Positions 1-15,281 of a stretch of DNA of 43,315 nt are shown piece by piece. The position numbers and the translations under genes are program-made. The DNA comes from Octopus bimaculoides. Lineage: Eukaryota. The notes below the pieces were generated by a model that was not told where the DNA came from, searched no databases, and was given only the letters and a program-made list of their open reading frames with translations. Where the stretch lies: the NCBI RefSeq assembly GCF_001194135.2, contig NC_068985.1:44890485-44933799 (forward strand), given 5' to 3'. The number at the start of each line of letters is the position of its first letter. Positions within the stretch are counted from its first letter, which is position 1.

Positions 1-174
1 TTGTAAATGTTTGTTTTAAAATTATAATTCTTTATCTAACACACAGCATCGATATTCGTTCTCGTATTTCCTTGTATGCATTTCTGTTTTATCGCGTAAA
101 TATTTTATTTCGGTATCATTTTGTCCTTATGTTAGAACCATAGAAGCCTCTGATCGAAACTGAACCACTCCTCA

Positions 175-211
<37 letters not shown>

Positions 212-348
212 ACCACCACCACCTCTAGTTAATACATTTCTGGTTCATGATATAAGCGACAAGTTGTAATTAAGTGTTTCTCTAATACACATCAGTGAAC
301 AGCTAGTGTTACATCAGACTCGATCATGTAATACGAGAATCTCCTTAC

Positions 349-397
349 CTCACACGATCTTCACTTTCCACGCGACCGTCTGTCTCTCTGCATTGAG
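349..397 (-). other. Candidate 49-nt host exon (coding or 5'UTR)
   Basis: On the minus strand a long pyrimidine tract ends in ttgcttatcAG|, followed by the exon and AG|GTAAGG. The sequence is unique and CpG-rich. One open frame reads QCRETDGRVESEDRV. No homolog recognised. Confidence 0.3.
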
Positions 398-559
398 CTG
401 ATAAGCAAAATAGCAACAACAGAACCAAACGAACCAAAAGAACAATAAAAATAAAAATAAAAGAGCAAATACTATTTTTTGAAAATATCAACAACAGCAA
501 AAAAAAAAGAAAGAAAGAAAAGATAAAAAAACCTAATCACTTGTACAAAATAGCAAAAT

Positions 560-830
560 ATAATAAAACTGGTGACATGAAACGTCAAAACGTGAAGGCG
601 GTAGCGGGGGAGCGGTGGGCTGACAGACAATAAAGCCGACATGTAGCTTCAATAAATGAAAAGACCAGACGTTCTTGTATCATTAAATCATTATGATGCA
701 GACTATATGGATGGATTTGTGTCTGTTTAACGGGGGGAGTAAGTTTCAACAGAGTCCCTCATTGGTCGTTAACATTCTCTTTGGTTCCTGCAAAATTTAG
801 CATTGGATTTACTGGAGAGATGTGTGTGTG
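560..830. promoter_or_regulatory. Putative promoter/enhancer island
   Basis: Unique sequence with a GC box-like GGCGGTAGCGGGGGAGCGGTGGG (597-619), TGACAG (621-626), TTAAATCA (684-691) and two ATTGG/CCAAT boxes (761-765, 802-806). It lies upstream of the minus-strand donor at 348. Motif inspection only. Confidence 0.3.
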
Positions 831-861
831 TGTGCGTGTGTCAAAGAGAGAGAGAGAGAGA

Positions 862-893
<32 letters not shown>

Positions 894-965
894 AGCAGAG
901 CGATTGAGCTGCAGAGATAGGGATTAAGATGTTAAAACAAAGAGACAGAGTATGAGTGAGTTAAA

Positions 966-1001
<36 letters not shown>

Positions 1002-1195
1002 GTGTGTGTGTGTGAATGTGTGTGTGTGTACATATATATATATATATATATATACACGTGTGTGTGTGTGTGCGTGCGTGTGTGTGTGGGAATGTGTGTG
1101 TGTGTACATATATATATATATATATATACACGTGTGTGTGTGTATGTATGTATATATTTAGACATAGTGCCTGTTAGAGAGAGAGAGAGAGGGGG
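820..1195. repeat. Compound (TG)n/(GA)n/(TA)n microsatellites
   Basis: Directly visible; includes a duplicated (TG)n-TACA(TA)n-CACG-(TG)n block. Confidence 0.95.
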
Positions 1196-1517
1196 AATGG
1201 CAATGTGATGATAGAGATAAAGAGACAGAAATGGAATCGAAAAACGAATGAGGAATCAGATCGTTGGAACGGTTTCGCCTTTCCATTTGTCTAAATACTG
1301 TTGACAATAAAACACAAAACATATGATCTTTATTAGGGGTCACTTCTCCCTCTTTGCTCAGTCATCCGCTTTGTACAGATCATTGCTTACAACTGCTACT
1401 GCTGTTGCTGCTAGTACTACCTCTGATATTGTCGCTGCTGCTGCTGTTGTTTTGTCATAGATCAGCCCTGATTGAACGAACGTATTGAGACAAGATTTTA
1501 GACCATTCTTTGTTGTT

Positions 1518-1680
1518 TTCGTGTGGTTGTGTGGCAAGAAGCATGCTCCCTAGCCACATGATTCCAGGTTCAGTCCCGTTGCGTGACGACTTGCGCAAGT
1601 GTCTTCTGCTATATCCTCGGGCCAACCAAAGCCTTGTGAGTGGATTTGGTAAACGGAAACTGAAAGAAGCTTGTCGTATG
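1518..1680 (+). mobile_element. tRNA-derived SINE (family A), 5' part
   Basis: Head GTGTGGCAAGAAGC...CCAGGTTCAGTCCC, then TTGCGCAAGTGTCTTCT and GCCTTGTGAGTGGATTTGGTAAACGGAAACTGAAAGAAGC. It is the reverse complement of the copies at 30930-31100 and 32575-32698. Confidence 0.85.
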
Positions 1681-1715
1681 TATGTATGTAAATATATTCT
1701 TCTGTTATTATTCTT

Positions 1716-1919
1716 TTATTGGTTTCAGTCATTTGACTGCGGCCATGCAGGAGCACCGTCTTTAGTCGAACAAATCGACCCCACGACTTATTCATTTGTA
1801 AGTCTCGTACTTATTCTATGGGTCTCTTTTGCCAAACCGCTAGTTCACAGGAATGTAAACACCAAAATCGGTTGTGAAGCGATGGGGATGGTCAAACACA
1901 GACATACATGCATAAATAC

Positions 1920-1967
<48 letters not shown>

Positions 1968-2228
1968 NNNNNNNNNNNNNNNNNNNNNNNNNNNNNNNNN
2001 NNNNNNNNNNNNNNNNNNNNNNNNNNNNNNNNNNNNNNNNNNNNNNNNNNNNNNNNNNNNNNNNNNNNNNNNNNNNNNNNNNNNNNNNNNNNNNNNNNNN
2101 NNNNNNNNNNNNNNNNNNNNNNNNNNNNNNNNNNNNNNNNNNNNNNNNNNNNNNNNNNNNNNCAAGGTGTCATGCAGTGGAACTGAACCCGGAACCATGT
2201 GGTTGGTAAGCAAGGTACTTGCAACACG
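1716..2228 (-). mobile_element. tRNA-derived SINE (family A), gap inside
   Basis: The 3' body (GTTTCAGTCATTTGACTGCGGCCATG...CCGCTA...) matches 30562-30650 and 31735-31915. The head at 2163-2228 is inverted relative to 1518-1600. Confidence 0.85.
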
Positions 2229-2229
2229 G

Positions 2230-2287
<58 letters not shown>

Positions 2288-2454
2288 GCATATATGGGTA
2301 CAGGACGTCACAAACCGTAAACAACACGAAATACGAAAACAAATGAGTTGAATACGCAAACAACGAGAGAAGCAAATGGAAAACAGGACAAGTAACGTAA
2401 AGAACGTCCCTTCATCAGTTGTCGGCTATTATTATTACTATTAAGATCAGAAGC

Positions 2455-2508
<54 letters not shown>

Positions 2509-2529
2509 GATTATTATTATAATTACTTG

Positions 2530-2965
2530 ATGCAAACTCACAGCTTATTTTGCTGAGTATGATGGAAAGTGTCAGCTATCCACAACCAGCTGGCTACGGT
2601 GACACATGTTTATTGGTCATACTTCAAGCCTCAGGCAAAGAACCCTTGCAGTTGCAAGCAATGCTGATTTTCTTGTAGGTGTTCTACCTTTGTATGTGTA
2701 CGAATCTTGTACATATTGCTTTGTTGACTGCTGATGCTTCCAAGTGCACCAGTTACTACTAGTACCACGTCCACACCTACTCAGTGACCACAGCATTCGC
2801 ATTTCCTCCTTGAAGTCGTCATAGTTGTTCAGTTTTCTTCTTCTTTATCTCTGATCTTCTTTGTCACTGGGACATGTTATGTCGATTAGTCATGCGTTTT
2901 ATTTCTGTTTTTTTTCTCCATCACAACAATGTCCGATTTCCGATGTCTAGTCAGGTGATCGCACT
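2530..2965 (-). mobile_element. R4/Dong-clade non-LTR retrotransposon, 3' fragment (RLE domain), frameshifted
   Basis: Minus-strand frames give HRKSDIVVMEKK / LIDITCPSD / KLNNYDDFKEEMRMLW / VVLVVTGALGSIS / KSALLATARVL. These match the PD..D, K...Y and terminal motifs of the restriction-like endonuclease. (ATT)n lies on both sides. Confidence 0.8.
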
Positions 2966-2984
2966 GAATCATATCTCATCACCA

Positions 2985-3056
2985 TAATAATAATAATAAT
3001 AATAACAACAGCAACAACAACAACAACAACAACGATAATAATGATGATGATGATAA

Positions 3057-3101
<45 letters not shown>

Positions 3102-3152
3102 TATTATTATTATTATTATTATCATCATCATTATTATTATTATTGTTATTAT
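2985..3152. repeat. Compound (AAT)n/(AAC)n/(GAT)n then (ATT)n microsatellite
   Basis: Directly visible; the AAT run abuts an ATT run, forming a palindromic junction near 3100. Confidence 0.95.
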
Positions 3153-3157
3153 TAAGA

Positions 3158-3372
3158 AGGCAGCGAGCTGGCAGAGTCGTTAACACGTTGGAGGAAAATG
3201 CGGTATTTTTTCCGATTCATTACGCTCTGTGTTTAAATTCCGCCGAGGTCGACTTTGCCTTTCAGCCTCTCCAGGTCGATAAAATAAATACCAGTTGAGC
3301 ACTGAAGTTGATATGTTCGATTTAGCCTCCTTCCCCAACATTTCTGGCCTTGTCTCTAAAGGTAGGAAGAAT
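3158..3372 (+). mobile_element. tRNA-derived SINE (family B, central GCCTTTCATCCTTTCGGGGTCGATAAAATAAGTACCAG-type domain), interrupted by Merlin
   Basis: A-box-like GGCAGCGAGCTGGCAGAGTCG and B-box-like GTTTAAATTCC, with a core shared by at least 8 copies in the window. The tail resumes at 4745. Confidence 0.85.
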
Positions 3373-3647
3373 GGATCTTTGTGGTTTGAGTCACTGCATG
3401 TCAAAATCTTGAAAAAAAAAAAAAAAATTAATGTAGCATATAGATGTAATTAGTGACGCTGAATCCGAATTTGTTATTCATTTACACTAGAAATATTTTA
3501 AGAAAATATTACAGGTGTTCAAAGTTTGATAATCTTCAGAATTTTCAGTCAATCAGAAAACAGCGCATTCACTGCTTCTTCCATTATCTGTCACAGTAGC
3601 GAGAAGGGGAGGGCGCCGGCATGTCAAAACATTAGAAGTAACAGTGC

Positions 3648-3849
3648 AAAACATTAAAACATACGTGCGAGCAAATTATATATTTAAAAGGTACGAGCAA
3701 ACCAACTGGAGTTGCCAGAAATAACAGTCAAAAAATTAAAATATACACGAAAAAAGTAAATAGTGAGAAACATTAAAACATACGCGAGCAAATTAAGTAT
3801 TTAAAAGCTATGAGCAAAGCAACTGCAGTTGCTAGATATAACAGTCAAA
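3648..3849 (+). repeat. Two ~84-bp direct repeats inside Merlin
   Basis: AAACATTAAAACATACG..GCGAGCAAATT..TATTTAAAAG..GAGCAAA..AACTG.AGTTGC.AGA.ATAACAGTCAAA at about 3648-3731 and 3768-3849. Confidence 0.85.
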
Positions 3850-3955
3850 GCATTCCTTAAAACAGACATTTATTAGTTAAAAAATTTCACGAACGAAAGT
3901 TTGCAATACACTCTAGGATTTTATTAAATAAATTATCTTTCTCATATCTCCTTCT

Positions 3956-4480
3956 CTACATAAATTCACAATGGTAAGAGTCAACCATGGAACGGTATTT
4001 TCCACTCTGGCGTTTGTTTCCACACTTTAAAGATGCCCAGGTACTCTCAGTTTGTTGAGTGTGAGTCTCACCTTTTGAGTTTATAAATTCAATACTATGG
4101 CTCACAGTTTTATGTTTGAAATCATAGCCTATGATTTCTGGTCTATGATTATAAGCTCGCCACAGGTCGCTGACGATAGTGGTTCCTGGAAGAATTGAGT
4201 GCCGTATGCCGTTCTCTAGTGTTTCGCGGTTACAACTTGGTACAGTGTAAAGGAAAACTTCCCTCGATTTGCAACATACTTGTCCAAATACTAACTCAGG
4301 TAATATCCTCCTCCAGTTGTACTTGCGTTTTGAGAACACAGTTTCGTCTATCTCAACGAAATTTCCGGGATCAAATCAAACAATTATGAAACACTTGGTG
4401 GTTAGACTGCTTGTGCTCATGCGCAGCATCTTTAGTTACTATGGAAAGAGAGGTCTTTGCAAACAGTTATCAAACACGTG
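3956..4480 (-). pseudogene. Merlin/ISXO2-type DDE transposase remnant
   Basis: VEIDETVFSKRKYN (4340-4357 region), ILPGTTIVSDLWRAY, HKTVSHS, HTQQTESTW give the DDE triad in Merlin/IS1595-family context. The upstream part is disrupted. Confidence 0.85.
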
Positions 4481-4759
4481 GTGGTTACACTCCTTGGTTA
4501 CTATGGAAGCAAATTTCTTTGTTTACGGTGCTAACAGAACTTCACTCTGATGTGTAAAATACTCGCATCTGATTGGCTAAAAAACTCAAATGTTGCAACC
4601 TTAAAAGGCTATAACTTTTTAATTACAAATTTATAGGGAAAATGATATTTATTTCTATGATTAGTATACAAAACTTAACCCACGTACCAAATTTGAAAAC
4701 AATTGGAACAAAATTAGAGATAGTGGTTCAAGCCACAAAGATCCGAAAGGATTAATATT

Positions 4760-9080
<4,321 letters not shown>

Positions 9081-9507
9081 GTGTCTGCATCAAGTTGGAG
9101 GATACGGACTGAGTCTAACGATATTTATTTCATTACATTACGTTTTATTAACTTAGTAAATGCAAAATTATACATTGCATAAACCAGATCAATGCGCATT
9201 GTATCATACCGAGTGAATGAATATGCTTGTATAGTTCATCCCACAGACATATACAAACCACCTGCACATGCGGCATAGACGCGTGTGTGCAGGTATGTAT
9301 AAATATACACACTCACACACACACAAACATACACATAACACTCACACACACATACACACACGCACGCACAACACACGCGCATACGCGTGTGTGTCTGACG
9401 ATGGCTTAAATGGCCGAAACTTGAAAGTCATTGTCAATAATATTCATGTTTAAGAATATACCGTATGTGACTGTGTGTTCGAGCGTGTGTGTGCGCGTAT
9501 ATGCGTG

Positions 9508-9558
<51 letters not shown>

Positions 9559-9925
9559 GCGTGTGTGTACAGTGACAAAATTGGACTATTTGGGGTTGGT
9601 CTGTTTAACCACTCAATGTTTCTTGAATCAAACCAGGACGATGAAAAGCCGTCGCCCCATGAAAGGACATATGCATGTCACTTCCAAAACAAACGCTTTC
9701 CTTCTCTTGTTGGTTTGAAGAGATAGATGTCGCTTTGCAGTGACACTTGTCATGATTTTATATTGCATTTAATCGAGGAAAGACATTTATGAAAGAGTTA
9801 GGGTCAAATCTGCGACTCAGCAACTAAGTCGATAAAAAAAATATCATCTCCGATTTTCAACTCATTAACAAGCAATGAGAGCACTCATTAATTGCACGGA
9901 TGTCCATCGAACACTCATATCCTGT

Positions 9926-9968
<43 letters not shown>

Positions 9969-10308
9969 GGTTGACTAAAAAGTAAGCAACACTATGAACG
10001 ATGAAGAATTTGTACCTGATTTTTGCAGAGATTTGAATTTCTTTTAAACATTTTTTTTTGTTTCATTTGTCTGATGATACAGTCATAGACGTGTCAAATG
10101 CATCAATAAATTAACATTGATATTTTTTTCACCGTTGTTACAGCGCCGTATTCGAGCAATTTTGCTATTCAACTTCAAAAGAGGACGTAAGCCATGCTGC
10201 TAGTTGAGTGCTGATACTTTCAAGCGCACCAATTACTATTGGTATCATGTCTACTCTCTTCATTGACCACAGCCTTCGTATTTCCCACTTCAATTTCTGT
10301 ATCTGTGT

Positions 10309-10310
10309 GT

Positions 10311-10363
<53 letters not shown>

Positions 10364-10502
10364 TCTTCTTCTTCTTCTTCTTCTTCTTCTTCTTCTTCTT
10401 CTTCTTCTTCTTCCCCTCCTCCTCCTCCTCCCCCTTCTTCTTCTTCTTCTTCTTCTTCTTCTTCTTCTTCTTCTTCCCCTCCTCCTCCTCCTCCTCCTCC
10501 TC

Positions 10503-10575
<73 letters not shown>
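10309..10575. repeat. Compound (ATC)n-(TTC)n-(CCT)n-(TTC)n-(CCT)n-(TTC)n-(ATT)n
   Basis: Directly visible. Confidence 0.95.
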
Positions 10576-10576
10576 G

Positions 10577-10762
10577 AGGTGGCGAGCTGGCAAAATCATT
10601 CGTAGGCTGGATGAAATCCTTGGCGGTATTTTGCCCGTCAGTGCGTTATGAGTTCAAATCCTGTCGAGGTCTACTTCGCCTTTCATCCTTTCGGGGTCGA
10701 TAAAATAAGTGCCAGTTGAACACTGGACTACCTTCGTGGCAAACATTTGAAATAATAATAAT
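10577..10762 (+). mobile_element. SINE family B
   Basis: GGTGGCGAGCTGGCAAAATC, GAGTTCAAATCC, GCCTTTCATCCTTTCGGGGTCGATAAAATAAGTGCCAG, AAT-rich tail. Confidence 0.88.
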
Positions 10763-11189
10763 GATTATTATTATGAATTGATTATGAGTAGAGAAAGAGG
10801 GTATTTTTTTATCATCATTGTTATTTATCATTTCTTTTATTTTATTTACGCTGGAATAAAAATTGTGCTTTCGGTAAAACCAAATTCCGGCTTGTGTATT
10901 TTGCAAGAGTGAATATTTCTATAAAGATAAGATCTCGATTTCATGATCTTAAGATCGAAAGCTCATGATCATCAGTAACTGTAACAATGAGATTCCTGTT
11001 TCATTGATTTTCAGGTAATTGCGTTCAGTACGTTTATTGTTCAATAAATTGCAACAAATATATTAATCATTTAAGATGAACCGGATATCATCTTTGAAAG
11101 CGGAAACAAAAGGGAAAAAGCATGTCGCCCTAGCTAAACAAGTAAAGATTTATCAAACCAATTAAAGAAGCAGCTGGGAATAGTATCCA

Positions 11190-12371
11190 AGTCACTTTTC
11201 AATTGCACACTACGAACTTAAAATACGTAGACCACTCTGGATAATTTAGACTTAGATATACACTTCCCAAAATAAAAGGTGGATTAACATGGTTCAAAAT
11301 ACACAGAAGGTCAAACTTTTGGAAAATAGATAGGAAAACCTCGTTCTTGATCGTTCATCGTGGAGGGATACAATGAATGATAAGAGGAGGGAATTCGAGC
11401 AAAATTGCACCAATCATGGACAACTCAAAAGATATGTTCATAAGTATCTTTAGGCGAATTTGTTTGAGTGTATTTTGCGTAGAGCCCAATTTAATATGTA
11501 ACGAGTGTGGACGTGTCTATCTTAGTTTGGCAGGTCTCAGAGGTCATCAACGAAGCCACACACATAGGGTAGTTGTTAACTGTGCATTTATACGAGATCT
11601 TTATTTAAAGGGAGTGTGGAAAAGAATATGTAGCAGGAAGTACACTGAAACTCATATGAATGTTCACCAAAACAATAGTGTACGATCTACTGAAAGAGGC
11701 GCCCTTCATTCCATTGTCTGTACAAAATAGAGTGAATCCCTAGTAGTAATTAAAAAGTACATCCGTGCTTTTCATGTGTATAGGAACAATGAATCGATGT
11801 TATTACTGATCTCACTCTGATCTACGCCTGTAACTGAGGCCCTTGACATGCCATAGGGACTTATCCTCTTAAGGGAACAATAACAATCAATCGATGACAT
11901 TACTTGAAATTGATTTACGGCCATCATGTAAAGATGTGAACTTTTGACTTCTATTTCTGATACATATATGTGAGATACTGAACTCACGCCTGCAACTGAG
12001 ATCCTCGATATGCTATACAGTGGTCGTTAACTATGCATTTGTACGCCCTCTATATTTATAGGGAGTGTGCAAAAGAATATGAATCAGGAGGTAGATTGAA
12101 ACACCATATGAACGTTAATCAAAATAATATTATAATAGCTACTGCAAGAGACCCCCCATCTTTGCCACATCTGTGCAAAATAGAGTAAGACTCTTGCAGG
12201 AATTAAAAACTACCTTCATGATTTTTCACATTTAAGGGAACTGTCAGTGGATGGCATTACTCGAAATCGAGTTGCGGCCATCATGTATAGATGTGCGCCA
12301 TTGTCTTCTCTTTCTCATACGTATTCGATAGATTCTGATCTCACGTTTGCAACTGAGACACATGATATTCC
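11190..12371 (+). mobile_element. RTE-clade LINE 3' remnant with decayed C2H2 zinc-finger array
   Basis: LDRSSWRDTM..REFEQ (RTE C-terminal DR..WR motif) and LICNECGRVYLSLAGLRGHQRSH (intact C2H2). Decayed fingers follow: RECGKEY..., RECAKEYESGGRLKHHMNV, CHICAK*SKTLAGIKNYL. Confidence 0.65.
11571..12371 (+). repeat. Diverged tandem duplication, period ~450 bp
   Basis: GTTAAC-T.TGCATTT.TACG...GGGAGTGTG.AAAAGAATATG at 11575 and 12026; CGGCCATCATGTA.AGATGTG and CTCACG..TGCAACTGAGA occur in both units. Confidence 0.85.
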
Positions 12372-12974
12372 ATTTACTTTGCTCATATGCAACTATCTGC
12401 ATATGAGTGAACCTACCTAATACAACTTATCACTAATATAATAGCATGAACACTTAAAAACGTGATACTGCAGAGAAGCACTAATAGCATTGGTCAACGA
12501 ATCAAACCTAGCATGTTTTAGTTAATCTGCTCTACGATATATTATACACATAATTCCCCTTTTTTTTAAATCTCCAAGCGTATACGGTTGATTACTACAG
12601 GATGCCTCATACAAACACAGTACAAAACATACACATACACACACGTGTACACCTAGGTGAAGGTATTATGTTACAGAAGATACTGCTAATTGCAGTTGTT
12701 TATGTTCATATGTTCATATTGAATTTACTTTCTGTTCTACTGAGAGAGCACATCGTCATAACATCATATAAGATCAACATTCTTTGTGACGGAAACACGT
12801 CAATACTAATACATTTAACTAGTTAGATATTTCGTTCTTTTCTTTCCTTTCTCTCTATCTTCATCAGTGTGTATGTGTGTGTGTGTTTATATATGTCCTT
12901 GTATGCGTTGTACGTGTGTGTATATGTGTTTGTAGGCGTGTGTGTGTGTGTATTCATGTAGGTACGTATACATG

Positions 12975-13035
<61 letters not shown>

Positions 13036-13416
13036 TTATCTATCTAAAACAGGACCTTTGTCCAAACTAAAACAGTTGTGGTGGCGATGGTGGTGGTACT
13101 GGTGATGGTGATGGTTGAAAACAATGAACAGAATGAGAGAGAGAGAAAGAAAGAGGTTAGACAAAATAAATTGTATTGAACCCCCGAATGGGAAGACAAA
13201 AAATGTTGTTTATCATGTAGCTTTGCAATAAGTTTAAAGTCGACATATATCATTGTTTTGATGAAAATTGTTCATTGCTTGAAAAATATCGTTCAAGTTT
13301 AATAAAATCTAATATGTATTCAATGCATGAAGTGTCATTATTGGGCTCAATGGCTAATGAAGAGCCCTCCACAGGAGCTAGCTTAAAGGCTGCCCTATTG
13401 AGTGGCTTTTAAGTTT

Positions 13417-13985
13417 TACTATTATGGGCGTTATGTCCGTCTGTCTGTTCCCTCTTCATGGTCAAACGGCTGGACCAATGATCACGATGTTTTTCGGGAT
13501 TACGAAGGAAATAATCAGGAAGGTTTTTAGGGAAAAAATGTGAAAACGTATGATTATTTAGTGGATATCGAATTTTGTAGTAATAAATCACCTTTGATTA
13601 TTTTTGTTAAAATGCCGCAATGAGGATTAACTCTGGATTCCCTCCACCCCACCCCTTATAGTTCGTGAATTTAGAGGGTTTAGATTTACGATACTATCCC
13701 TTTATCTCCCATCGTAGATGGGCAGATTTGATATATTACTATAATGGGCGTTATATCCGTCAGTCTGTCCGTCTCTTTGTCTGTTCCCAATGGTTACGAT
13801 ATTTTTCGGGATTACAAGGACGGTCGTCAGGTTGGTTTTTAACATTAAAAAATCAGAAAGTATGATCATTTCGTGGATATCGATTTTTGAATTGATATCC
13901 ATATTTTTATTAAAAATTCACCGACCACGAGTAACTCTGGATTTTCATCGTATAGTTCGTGGCCCCATCGTAGATACGAAGAGGA
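13417..13985 (+). mobile_element. Two tandem ~310-bp units resembling Helentron-associated non-autonomous elements (HINE/DINE-1-like)
   Basis: TACTAT.ATGGGCGTTAT.TCCGTC.GTCTGT at 13417 and 13737; TTTTTCGGGATTAC, GTGGATATCGA and TAACTCTGGATT recur 304-313 bp apart; (GTCY)n tract; hairpin CCCATC-GTA-GATGGG at 13708-13722. The duplication is direct; the family call is inference. Confidence 0.45.
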
Positions 13986-14089
13986 TCGCGAGGACGCTTA
14001 ATTGCGAAAATAAAATGGAAAAGGTGTGTGTCAGTATATAGTGTGTGTGATTACTTAGTAGTTAGACAGAAAGATAGATAGATAAATAA

Positions 14090-14370
14090 TCTTTATAAAG
14101 ACCCCTTTCGGTCACAAATGAACATAATATTGTAGCTACAAGTCCCTCCTCCAAGGTACCAGTTGATGCAAGGTTGTTTGTGGGAGACTAGTATGCATAA
14201 CAGACTCCTCCATGCCACCGATGTTGTCCAAGGGAAACGCAAAAGTCGATACACCTTGGCAGTTGTGACGTTGCAAGTCATTTCTGGTGTTGAGTGAACT
14301 GGAGCAACGTCAAATAAAGTGCCTTGCTCAAGAACACAGCACTTTAAAAGCCGCCCGGAGGATATAAACA
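14090..14370 (-). mobile_element. CORE-like SINE (family C)
   Basis: Minus strand TGTGTTCTTGAGCAAGGCACTTTATTTGACGTTGCTCCAGTTCACTCA, related to 41245-41295. Confidence 0.7.
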
Positions 14371-14781
14371 ATATCGAACACACATGCAATAGAGATATCT
14401 ATTATCAGTGTATTTAGAATTACATTTTTCCATTGTCCCTTCAAAAAAGCCTGGAGGGTATGATTTAAGAACATCTGGCTGCAATTGTTTTTTTTATCAA
14501 ATCAAGTAGATGTTTCCTTGTTAGTGATCCCACGCTCTCTAATTATGTATCGGTGGTAATATTACAGGTCCTGCTGAAAAGAGACATTTTGTTTTGTAAA
14601 ATATGTCAGAACATGTTACTAAATGCATTTATCGTTGTTCCCTACCTATTCTCTCACACAATGAACTTATATGATTGTATATTACTCTTTCTCTATTTTC
14701 TCTCTTTTCTATTTAGTTCCAGCGAATAAAACAGGATTAAATTTCATATGTACATATCAGCGATTCCCTGGTTACTTTTAC

Positions 14782-14823
14782 CTCCAACTAATTCGGTAAC
14801 GAAGTAACGATACTGATGCGCAG
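14782..14823 (-). other. Candidate 42-nt symmetric host exon
   Basis: tttcatAG|CT GCG CAT...GGA G|GTAAAA; phase 1-1 frame AHQYRYFVTELVG; CpG-rich. No homolog recognised. Confidence 0.22.
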
Positions 14824-15228
14824 CTATGAAATTCCAGGAAATATCAACAAGAATAATGTTACNNNNNNNNNNNNNNNNNNNNNNNNNNNNNNNNNNNNNN
14901 NNNNNNNNNNNNNNNNNNNNNNNNNNNNNNNNNNNNNNNNNNNNNNNNNNNNNNNNNNNNNNNNNNNNNNNNNNNNNNNNNNNNNNNNNNNNNNNNNNNN
15001 NNNNNNNNNNNNNNNNNNNNNNNNNNNNNNNNNNNNNNNNNNNNNNNNNNNNNNNNNNNNNNNNNNNNNNNNNNNNNNNNNNNNNNNNNNNNNNNNNNNN
15101 NNNNNNNNNNNNNNNNNNNNNNNNNNNNNNNNNNNNNNNNNNNNNNNNNNNNNNNNNNNNNNNNNNNNNNNNNNNNNNNNNNNNNNNNNNNNNNNNNNNN
15201 NNNNNNNNNNNNNNNNNNNNNNNNNNNT

Positions 15229-15250
15229 ATATACAGACACACACACATAC

Positions 15251-15281
<31 letters not shown>

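Larger units (their letters stand above)
3373..4744 (-). mobile_element. Merlin (IS1016/ISXO2-like) DNA transposon, internally deleted
   Basis: 23-bp TIRs at 3373-3395 (GGATCTTTGTGGTTTGAGTCACT) and 4722-4744 match at 20/23. Flanks GGAAGAAT/GAAAGGAT form a degenerate 8-bp TSD. A transposase remnant lies inside. Confidence 0.85.

Noticed and set aside
1355-1365. ARE-like ATGACTGAGCA (minus)
   Set aside because: A single short motif without other support.
10064-10100. CTGATGA...GACGTGTCAAATG as a hammerhead
   Set aside because: No GAAA and no proper helix II; helix I register is off.
12382-12407. 10-bp perfect hairpin CTCATATGCA/TGCATATGAG
   Set aside because: Built from self-complementary CATATG/ATGCAT words that are common here; no element boundaries.
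13340-13410. CTAATGAAGAGC... hammerhead-like start with a flanking stem
   Set aside because: Core mutated and GAAA absent.
11571-13985. Repeated units as a CRISPR-like array
   Set aside because: Units are long, diverged and lack unique constant-length spacers; eukaryotic TE context.
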